Assembly (NCBI GenBank): GCA_043809245.1
Contig: JAZDDZ010000015.1
Location: forward strand, 1-18,244
DNA from: Candidatus Iainarchaeum sp.
GTDB lineage: Archaea; Iainarchaeota; Iainarchaeia; Iainarchaeales; JAZDDZ01
Length of the DNA stretch: 18,244 nt
Direction: 5' to 3'
The notes beneath the pieces were generated by a model that was not told where the DNA came from, did not search any database, and saw only the letters and a list, made by a program, of their open reading frames with translations. Position numbers and translations under genes: made by a program. Position 1 is the stretch's first letter. The number at the start of each line of letters is the position of its first letter. Below, one piece after another: positions 7,994 to 15,106 of this stretch.

Positions 7994-8448
7994 AACTTGA
8001 TTCACTTATTGGGAATGGGCTGTTGCTTAAAACAAAGGCAAGCGAAGAGGAAATCAACGGCTCTTTAGGCATTGCGGAACGGTTTCTTGAAAAAGCAAAA
8101 GGGAACATGAAAATAGGTTACTTTGATGTTGCGTTCAGCCTGGCCTATCAATCAATGTTTCACGCCGCAAGGGCGCTGCTATTCAAAAACAATTTGAAGG
8201 AACGAAGCCATTCGGCAATGGTTTCGGCGCTAAAAGAAATTTATGCAAAAGAAGAAGGGCTGCTAAAGCTCTTGCATACGCTTGATTCTTACAGGATAAC
8301 AAGGCACGCAATCCAGTACACGGGCAGTGGATGCAGCAAAGAAGATGCTGGCGAAGCAATAAATGACGCGGAAAAATTCATTAATCTTTCCGATAAAATT
8401 TTGTTTGATAAAAAGACTAAAAACGGAAAGAAAAAAAGTAAGGGGTGA
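7990..8448 (+). CDS. HEPN-domain protein (partner of the MNT)
   Basis: AYQSMFHAARALL, RSHSAM and RITRHAIQY motifs. ATGA overlap with the MNT gene. Confidence 0.88.
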   Translation: MKLDSLIGNGLLLKTKASEEEINGSLGIAERFLEKAKGNMKIGYFDVAFSLAYQSMFHAARALLFKNNLKERSHSAMVSALKEIYAKEEGLLKLLHTLDSYRITRHAIQYTGSGCSKEDAGEAINDAEKFINLSDKILFDKKTKNGKKKSKG

Positions 8449-8936
8449 TGCAATTGAAATCCCTTGTCGTTTTTTATTCGCATGACGGAAGCACGAAAGC
8501 GGTTGCGGGAAAAATTGCTGCAGAGCTAAAATGCCCTGTTGAGGAAATAATTGGCCTGAAGAAAAGAAGCGGCCCAATCGGCTGGCTGACTGGTGGAAGG
8601 GATGCAATGAAGGCAGTGCCGACTGAAATCAAGGCATTGGAAAGCAATTTTGCTGAATTCGATTTGGTTGTCATAGGCACGCCGATATGGGCTGATAATG
8701 TAACTCCTGCTGTGAGGGCATTAATTGAAAAAAACAAAAACAGCTTAAAGTCAGTTGCTTTCTTCTGCACTGCAGGAGGCGGCAAAGGCGGAAAGGCTTT
8801 CGCTGAAATGGAATCAATTGCCGGAAAAAAGCCAAAGGCAACACTGGAGTTAAGCGCGATGGAAGTTAAGAAATGGGAAGTTGCCCCAAAAATCAACCGC
8901 TTCGCGGAAGAAATCACTAGAGCCTGGGCGGTATAA
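8445..8936 (+). CDS. Flavodoxin-family protein
   Basis: VVFYSHDGSTKAVA (FMN phosphate loop), VIGTPIWA, AFFCTAGG. Start is GTG 8445 or ATG 8448. Confidence 0.9.
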   Translation: MMQLKSLVVFYSHDGSTKAVAGKIAAELKCPVEEIIGLKKRSGPIGWLTGGRDAMKAVPTEIKALESNFAEFDLVVIGTPIWADNVTPAVRALIEKNKNSLKSVAFFCTAGGGKGGKAFAEMESIAGKKPKATLELSAMEVKKWEVAPKINRFAEEITRAWAV

Positions 8937-8954
8937 TTATATACGGGTTATACC
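8930..8954. promoter_or_regulatory. Inverted repeat GGTATAA-N11-TTATACC spanning a TATA-like sequence upstream of the AbrB-PIN operon
   Basis: Arms at 8930-8936 and 8948-8954 enclose TTATATA. SD-like AGGTGG at 8967-8972. Confidence 0.45.
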
Positions 8955-8977
8955 AATATAATCTTTAGGTGGTTTGT

Positions 8978-9199
8978 ATGGTTGAGGTTTCAGCTCAGGT
9001 AAGGCGTTGGGGCAGGTCCATTGGTGTAGTAATACCAAAGGATAAGGCCTTGAAAGCCCGTTTAAAGCCTGGTGATGAGGTTAACCTGCTTATTTTGGAG
9101 AAAAAAAATCCTTTAAAGGAGACTTTTGGCATTCTTGAATTCAGCCGACCTACTCGTGAAATATTGAAGGAAACTGATAAAGATGCGTGGGATGAGTGA
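8978..9199 (+). CDS. vapB: AbrB/MazE/SpoVT-family antitoxin
   Basis: VRRWGRSIGVVIPK...LKPGDEV swapped-hairpin signature and an acidic C-terminus. Overlaps the PIN gene. Confidence 0.9.
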   Translation: MVEVSAQVRRWGRSIGVVIPKDKALKARLKPGDEVNLLILEKKNPLKETFGILEFSRPTREILKETDKDAWDE

Positions 9200-9557
9200 A
9201 CAGCTTTTTTTCTTTGACACCTATGCCTTCTTTGAATTGATAAGGGGAAATCCATTATATAAGCGGTTTGAGGGTGCAAGCGCAATTACAACCATTTTTA
9301 ATCTGGCTGAACTAAATTATTCGCTGAAGAAGGAAAAAGGAAAAAGCTTGGCTGATAAAATAACAAAACTGTATGAACTGCTTTTGGTTGATGTAACCCT
9401 GCAGGATGTTTTGGAAGCAATGGATTTAAAGGTTAAAAACAAGAGGCTCTCAATTCCTGACGCCATCGGCTATATTGTGGCAAAAAGAAACAATGCAAAA
9501 TTTTTGACTGGGGACAAGGAATTCGAAAACATGCCAAATGTTGAGTTTGTAAAATGA
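9192..9557 (+). CDS. vapC: PIN-domain ribonuclease (VapC-type toxin)
   Basis: FFFDTYAFFE, NLAEL, LSIPDAIGYIVA and FLTGDKEF motifs. Confidence 0.92.
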   Translation: MSEQLFFFDTYAFFELIRGNPLYKRFEGASAITTIFNLAELNYSLKKEKGKSLADKITKLYELLLVDVTLQDVLEAMDLKVKNKRLSIPDAIGYIVAKRNNAKFLTGDKEFENMPNVEFVK

Positions 9558-9565
9558 TTTTCGGC

Positions 9566-10891
9566 TCATTCGTACCTGAGCGATTCCACTGGCTTTAGTT
9601 TTGCCGCTGCCCTTGCAGGCAGTATTCCCGAAACTATGCCGACAACCGTTGACAATGCAATAGCAATAATCACAAGCTGTGGTGTCACAAGCGTTGTCAG
9701 GCTGCTGCCCGGGCCTCCGCCAGCGCCCGCAATGCCCAAGCTGATTCCGGCAAGCGATATTCCCGCGGAAACCAAGCCTCCGATAATCACTCCAATGACT
9801 CCCCCAACAAACCCGAACAATCCTGACTCAATTATGAACAGCAAAAGAATCTCGCCATTTGTCGAGCCAAGCGCCTTAAGTATGCCAATTTCCCTTGTTT
9901 TTTCAAGAACCGATGTGAACATGCTGTTTGCGACCCCCACTGCACCCACCATAAGTGATACGGCTGCAATTGCCCCCAAAAAAAGCGTTAGCGTTTCCGT
10001 GACGCTGCTTATCTGTTCCCTTATTGATTCAGATGAACTAAGCGTGAAATCCTGGTTTTGCGCTGTGACCCGCCTTGAAACAAGCAGCGCCTGCGTTAAT
10101 CCGTCTGTTGTTGATGCAACCAGATCAGCGCTGCTGACCTTTATCTGAATAGAGGAAAAAGTGTCCTTGTTGACATCGGTTACGGTCCATGCGCTGGTGT
10201 AAGGCATGTAAACCGTTGAATCGCTGCCCCCTCCGCCAAAACCAGAGCCTGTTGATGCGAGAATTCCTACAACCAAGAACGGCTTGTCATTTATTGTTAC
10301 CCTTCTCCCAATCGTTATGGGCTGCTTGAATGAATTGTTTGCTATCCTGTCGCCTATCACTATTGCCGCTGAATCGCTTGCACCCAAAAACCTTCCTGAT
10401 GCAAGGGTAAGGCTTGACAATTCCTGCCAAGAATTAGGGTTCACGCCTTCAATGGTTGCATTGATTTTTTCAGACTGGTAGATTAGCTCTTCCCTTCCCG
10501 AAACAATTTCATTCACATACAATACATTTGGGTCGCCCCTTATCACCGCGGCATCAATTTTTGTCAGCTCAGGAGTTTGTGTTGCAGTGGAGCTGTTGCT
10601 GCTTCCCCCCCCGCTTCCCCCTCTTGCAAAGCCCATTCCGCTGCCGGGCGCTTCCCTGAAATTGCCAGAAAAAGTTCCAGCCCTGCTGTAACCGGCGCTC
10701 ATTGTGATTATGTCCGCGCCGAAACCCGAAAGCCTTTCCGTAACGCTTGCCTGCGCGCCCTCGCCGATGGAGATTATGGAAACCACTGCCGCGACGCCGA
10801 TGATTATGCCCAGCAGTGTCAGCCAGGCCCTCAGCCTTCTGTGAAGGATGCTGTTCACCGACAGCTTGAATGAATCAGTCAGGCGCACCAT
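9566..10891 (-). CDS. MacB/FtsX-family ABC transporter permease
   Basis: RAWLTLLGIIIGVAAVV, a large extracytoplasmic domain, SVLEKTREIGILKALG and PARAAAKLKPVESLRYE. Confidence 0.95.
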   Translation of the reverse strand: MVRLTDSFKLSVNSILHRRLRAWLTLLGIIIGVAAVVSIISIGEGAQASVTERLSGFGADIITMSAGYSRAGTFSGNFREAPGSGMGFARGGSGGGSSNSSTATQTPELTKIDAAVIRGDPNVLYVNEIVSGREELIYQSEKINATIEGVNPNSWQELSSLTLASGRFLGASDSAAIVIGDRIANNSFKQPITIGRRVTINDKPFLVVGILASTGSGFGGGGSDSTVYMPYTSAWTVTDVNKDTFSSIQIKVSSADLVASTTDGLTQALLVSRRVTAQNQDFTLSSSESIREQISSVTETLTLFLGAIAAVSLMVGAVGVANSMFTSVLEKTREIGILKALGSTNGEILLLFIIESGLFGFVGGVIGVIIGGLVSAGISLAGISLGIAGAGGGPGSSLTTLVTPQLVIIAIALSTVVGIVSGILPARAAAKLKPVESLRYE

Positions 10892-10894
10892 TCA

Positions 10895-12355
10895 TCACTT
10901 GCCCTGATTCTTCCTGAAAAACCACGCAAGCAGCGCCACTGAGGCAATCGCTGCCGCAATTGTTGCAATAAGCTCCGAGTTCAGCAGGAAAACCGCTGCA
11001 AGGAAAAGGATTATTATTGCCGCAACTGGCTTTGCGAGTTGTTTCCAGCCAATGGTTTTGGCCTTGTATTCCCTGAAGCCGATTGCGCCCGCAACAAGCA
11101 GCAAGGGCAGAAGCCATGCAAGGAAGGAATATCCGTTTTCCCTCTGCCTTAAACCGCTTGCCACGCTTAAAACATTGCCGCTGCTTGAAGAGGAACTCAG
11201 CTGTATGGTTTTTCTTACGGTCTGCCTTGTTCCAGTCGTGTCAGTGTAATCAATTTCAATGGTTACCTCGTTCGCTGTTCTTGCTTGGGCAAACGCGTTG
11301 TTGTTCATGTCAGAGGCGCCTGAAGGGAATTGCCTGTTCCTGAATGCTCCTGCTGCGCCCGTAATGTTCTGATCAACTGAGCTTCCCGCCTGCTGCACGT
11401 CAAAGTTTGCAAGCGTGAAATCCCCTTTGTTGAGGCTTCCGATTATCGCTGTATTGCTGCCGCTGACAATTATTCCGGGTTGCTGCGGTATCCTGATAAC
11501 CACTGCGGCCGCGTTGTTTGACCCGATGTTTGCAATGCTTGTTGAAAGCTGGCCTGTTGAAAGCATTTCAGCGCTTACCTCGAAGTCAGTGCTTCCCCCG
11601 ACAATTATTCCAAGCCTTGACCCCTGGCTTCTTGAGCCGTTTACGTCAGTGAAGGTCATGTTAACGTCGAAAGAATACACTCCTGTCGTGATGTTGGGGT
11701 CTGCGGCAACAGTGTATGAGACAGTCTCAGCAGTGTTTGCATTCAAGATCGGTATGAATCGCTTGTTGTCCGAGCCTATGGGCAGGATAAGGTTGCTGCG
11801 TTCGTACCATGAAAATGAAAGGTTCGATATCGGTGTCTTAGCCGTGTTTTTGATTGTGAATGCCAGTTGAGTCTGGTTGCCGGGGTTTATTACGCTTGGG
11901 CTGACCGTTACCTCGATGTTTCTTTCAGTTCTGGTAACCGGAATTGTAATGCTTTGCGTTTCCTTTATGGTGTTGTCGCCCCTCAAATAAGTCATTGTAA
12001 GGAGTGCAGGGTAATACCCGGTAAGCGTGTCGTCTTTCACGTTGAATTTGAATACAAGCGTTCTTGTTGCACCGGGAATTATTATATTTGTTTCGTCAGA
12101 GAGGGCTATTGGCTCAAACTGGTCGCCTATGTCAAGCACTGCGTTCAGGTCAACGATTGAAATTGTTCCACCCCTGTTTTTGATGTCAATTGCAAGGTTA
12201 ACTACATCCCCTGCATGGATTGTTGAAGGCAGAAAATTCGTGCCTGTTATCTGTGTGAGTATTCCATAGTCCGCGGGAAGTTCCCCACTAACGCTGTGAA
12301 AGGCGATTAGTGCAAAAAAAACCGCCATTGCCGTGATTATTATTTTCCTGTTCAA
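10895..12355 (-). CDS. Secreted, C-terminally membrane-anchored beta-rich (COG1361 S-layer-like) protein
   Basis: N-terminal signal peptide, repeated P..I.(A/P)G...L.I.IKN Ig-like units, and three C-terminal hydrophobic helices. Lies between the ABC ATPase and the permease. Confidence 0.8.
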   Translation of the reverse strand: MNRKIIITAMAVFFALIAFHSVSGELPADYGILTQITGTNFLPSTIHAGDVVNLAIDIKNRGGTISIVDLNAVLDIGDQFEPIALSDETNIIIPGATRTLVFKFNVKDDTLTGYYPALLTMTYLRGDNTIKETQSITIPVTRTERNIEVTVSPSVINPGNQTQLAFTIKNTAKTPISNLSFSWYERSNLILPIGSDNKRFIPILNANTAETVSYTVAADPNITTGVYSFDVNMTFTDVNGSRSQGSRLGIIVGGSTDFEVSAEMLSTGQLSTSIANIGSNNAAAVVIRIPQQPGIIVSGSNTAIIGSLNKGDFTLANFDVQQAGSSVDQNITGAAGAFRNRQFPSGASDMNNNAFAQARTANEVTIEIDYTDTTGTRQTVRKTIQLSSSSSSGNVLSVASGLRQRENGYSFLAWLLPLLLVAGAIGFREYKAKTIGWKQLAKPVAAIIILFLAAVFLLNSELIATIAAAIASVALLAWFFRKNQGK

Positions 12356-13062
12356 TTGAGATCATTCCTCCTTTTGGTGTTTTTTCCGTCAAAAACAATT
12401 TTTCCATCCCTTAATGTAATAATCCTTTCCGCGAATGCTGCGATGTCCGGCTCGTGGGTTACCAGCACAACTGTTTTGCCCATTTTGTTCAGCCGGGATA
12501 AAAGCCTAATTATTTCATTGCCTGTTTTAGTGTCAAGGTTTCCAGTAGGTTCATCTGCGAGAACCATTGCAGGCTCTGTTGAAAGAGCCCTTGCGGTTGC
12601 AACCCTCTGCCTTTCGCCCCCTGAAAGCTGTGCCGGCAAGTGATGCGCCCTGTGATCCAAGCCGACAAGCTTCACAAGCTCAATTACCTTTGCCTTGATT
12701 TCTTCATCAGGAAATTCGTGGATTCTCATGGGCAGGGCAATGTTTTCCAAGACATTCAGGGTGGGGTGAAGATTGAACATCTGGAAAACAAAGCCTATTT
12801 TCCTGCCCCTGATTCTGGCAATGGCTGATTCTGACAAGGAGGTCAAATCAGTTCCGTCAAGCAAAACCTGGCCTTTTGTCGGAGTGTCAAGAGCCCCCAT
12901 AAGGCTTAATGCCGTTGACTTGCCGGAACCCGAAGGCCCTGTTACTGCCACAAATTCCCCTTCGCTTACCTTGAGGCTTATTCCTTTCACTGCAGGAACC
13001 TCTATTGAATCCATTTTGTAAATCTTCCACACATCCTTTAATTCCAAAACGGTTTTATTCAA
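12352..13062 (-). CDS. ABC transporter ATP-binding protein (MacB/LolD type)
   Basis: GPSGSGKST, IGFVFQ, LSGGERQR, LADEPTGNLD and VTHE motifs. TTG 13062 follows SD-like AAGGTG. Confidence 0.96.
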   Translation of the reverse strand: MNKTVLELKDVWKIYKMDSIEVPAVKGISLKVSEGEFVAVTGPSGSGKSTALSLMGALDTPTKGQVLLDGTDLTSLSESAIARIRGRKIGFVFQMFNLHPTLNVLENIALPMRIHEFPDEEIKAKVIELVKLVGLDHRAHHLPAQLSGGERQRVATARALSTEPAMVLADEPTGNLDTKTGNEIIRLLSRLNKMGKTVVLVTHEPDIAAFAERIITLRDGKIVFDGKNTKRRNDLN

Positions 13063-13082
13063 AAGAACACCTTTTAACGCGA

Positions 13083-13183
13083 TATTTAAATACCTTTGCA
13101 ACCATTAATATGATTTGTTGAAACAAGGTGAAACGCTTATTAACCCCTGATGAAACGTGATGAAACTTGAAACCAAATGAAAC
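13083..13183. promoter_or_regulatory. Divergent promoter with six TGAAAC direct repeats
   Basis: TGAAAC starts at 13119, 13129, 13151, 13161, 13168 and 13178. TATA-like TATTTAAATA at 13083-13092 (ABC side) and CTTATTAA at 13136-13143 (regulator side). Confidence 0.75.
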
Positions 13184-13763
13184 CCTTTTTAAGGCAAAGA
13201 AGAGATTTATCGCTGTAATGTTCCTTTGCTTTCTTTACGGTGGCTTTTCAATTATAACGCTTTTTTTATCGGCTTATGGAGTTATTTGGCGCACTGAAAC
13301 AGGAGGCATTTCTTTTTTTGATAGAAGGCCACCTGATTTTAATTCCATTTCAGGCATTGACGCTAACCGGTTTTCAGATGCAAACGCTTTTCTTAGAACT
13401 GAAAGGCTGTCAATTGACCCTTTTGCATCACTTCTTTCGCCCTCGTCTTTATTGCTTCTTGTCGGAGGCCTGATTGCAATTTCCGCAGGCATTGCCATCT
13501 GGTTTTTGATAAGGGAAAAAGAAATTAAGAAGATAAAACAGGAAACCGCAAACAACCTTCTTCTGCCTGACGAGAAAGCGGTCATTGAGGCGCTTAAAAA
13601 ATCAAATTTTGAGTCAACACAGGCAAAACTTGCAAAGGAAGCCGGCATGAACAAGGTGCAGGTGCACAGGGCAATCAAAAGGCTGGAGGCAAAAGGCGTT
13701 TTAGAAAAGCACGGTTACGGCTTAACCAACAAGATTTTGCTGAAAAAAGAATTATTTGAGTGA
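13167..13763 (+). CDS. Membrane-tethered winged-helix transcriptional regulator (COG2512-like)
   Basis: Two hydrophobic helices flank a ~45-aa polar loop, followed by the wHTH LLPDEKAVIEAL...TQAKLAKEAGMNKVQVHRAIKRLEAKGVLEK. Confidence 0.85.
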   Translation: MKPNETLFKAKKRFIAVMFLCFLYGGFSIITLFLSAYGVIWRTETGGISFFDRRPPDFNSISGIDANRFSDANAFLRTERLSIDPFASLLSPSSLLLLVGGLIAISAGIAIWFLIREKEIKKIKQETANNLLLPDEKAVIEALKKSNFESTQAKLAKEAGMNKVQVHRAIKRLEAKGVLEKHGYGLTNKILLKKELFE

Positions 13764-14321
13764 AGAACGCAAAACCCTTTTCTCAGTTACAACAAAATCC
13801 ATTTTTTCGTCTTTTTTTTCAGCGGGAACTTTTCCGAAAACCTGGCATTCAAATGCCAAGGCAATTCTTTTCGTTTTTTTCGGCAGTTTTTTCAAAAATC
13901 TGTCGTAAAATCCTTTGCCGAATCCAAGGCGGTTTAGTTTTCTGTCAAACGCCAGGCCCGGCGCAATCACCAAATCAATTTTTTTCAATGGAATGCTTCT
14001 GCATTTCTTTGGCTCAAAAATTCCGAACGCGCTTTTCTCCATTGCCTTGAATGAAGTGAAGGCGCATGCAAGCATTTTTTTTCCCTTCACTTTCGGCACG
14101 AAAACCCCTTTGCCAGATTTCAGGGCCCCCTCGGTTATTTTCCTAGTCTGCACTTCGTTTCCGAAACCCATGTAGCAGAAAATGTTTTTCGCTTCAATGA
14201 ATTCGCGCAGGCGGAAAAGCCTTTCCGCAATTTTTCTGCTTTTTTCGCGCACCTGCTTTGCGCTTAAAGCCCCGCGTTTTGCAAGCGCTTTTTCCCTGAG
14301 CAGCTGCTTTTCTTTTTTCAT
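13752..14321 (-). CDS. ygfA: 5-formyltetrahydrofolate cyclo-ligase
   Basis: KQLLRE, NEVQT, VFVPKV, FGIFEP, DLVIAPGLAFD, RLGFGKGFYDRFL and MDFVVTE motifs. Confidence 0.95.
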   Translation of the reverse strand: MKKEKQLLREKALAKRGALSAKQVREKSRKIAERLFRLREFIEAKNIFCYMGFGNEVQTRKITEGALKSGKGVFVPKVKGKKMLACAFTSFKAMEKSAFGIFEPKKCRSIPLKKIDLVIAPGLAFDRKLNRLGFGKGFYDRFLKKLPKKTKRIALAFECQVFGKVPAEKKDEKMDFVVTEKRVLRSSLK

Positions 14322-14332
14322 GTCAAAGCCTT

Positions 14333-15106
14333 TTATTGGCTGTTCATTATTTTAACAAGGCCCGCGTGGTTTTTGCCGTTGGATGCCAGAAGGTTTTTTG
14401 TCTCTGCATCCGGCTGGTTGCCCTCAAAATCAGTAACTGTTCCCCCTGCCTCTTCCACAAGCAAAATTCCTGTGGGTGACTCCCATTTCTTTGATTCAAT
14501 CCTTATCAATCCGTCAAAACTTCCGTTTGCAAGGTTGCAGAAATCAAGCATTGCCGAGCCCCTCATCCTCATTGCCCTGCAGTTTGAGAGCACGCCCCTT
14601 ACGGATTTAACGCACAATTCAATCATTTCCGAATCCTTGTGATTGCTTGCAGCATAAGCGATTAAGAATTTTTCCAGGTTGCTTTCTGATGATACATTGA
14701 TTTTTTTTCCATTCAAAAAAGCGCCTTTGCCTTTCTCCGCGGAGAACAATTCATTTGTCATTGGATTGAAAACAAAAGCAAAGAGCATTTTTTTTTCTTT
14801 TTCAATTCCGATTGAAACATTAAAGTGCGGAATCCCGAACCGAAAATTCACTGTGCCGTCAAGCGGGTCGATAATCCACTTATAGCATGAGTTCCCTGGC
14901 TTTCCGCCGCTTTCCTCCGCGATTATTGCGTCATCAGGGAATTCTTTTTTTATGGAATTAGTGATAAATTCATCGGATTTAAGGTCTGCTTCCAGAACCA
15001 GGTCCCGTTTCCCTTTTTCTTTCACAACATATTCTTTACGGAAGTATTCCAGCAGGATTTTTCCCGCCTGTTCAGACAGTTTCAGGCCCAGTTGTTTCCT
15101 GTCCAT
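14333..15106 (-). CDS. suhB: Inositol monophosphatase (SuhB/FIG)-family phosphatase
   Basis: IIAEES, WIIDPLDGTVNF, GSAMLD and LLVEEAGG motifs. ATG 15106 (MDRKQLGLKL) gives a normal family length. Confidence 0.88.
   Translation of the reverse strand: MDRKQLGLKLSEQAGKILLEYFRKEYVVKEKGKRDLVLEADLKSDEFITNSIKKEFPDDAIIAEESGGKPGNSCYKWIIDPLDGTVNFRFGIPHFNVSIGIEKEKKMLFAFVFNPMTNELFSAEKGKGAFLNGKKINVSSESNLEKFLIAYAASNHKDSEMIELCVKSVRGVLSNCRAMRMRGSAMLDFCNLANGSFDGLIRIESKKWESPTGILLVEEAGGTVTDFEGNQPDAETKNLLASNGKNHAGLVKIMNSQ

Noticed and set aside
13119-13183. TGAAAC repeats as a degenerate CRISPR array (they resemble the GAAAC repeat ending)
   Set aside because: The units are 6 bp with 1-16 bp gaps, there are no spacer-length intervals, and no cas genes are present.
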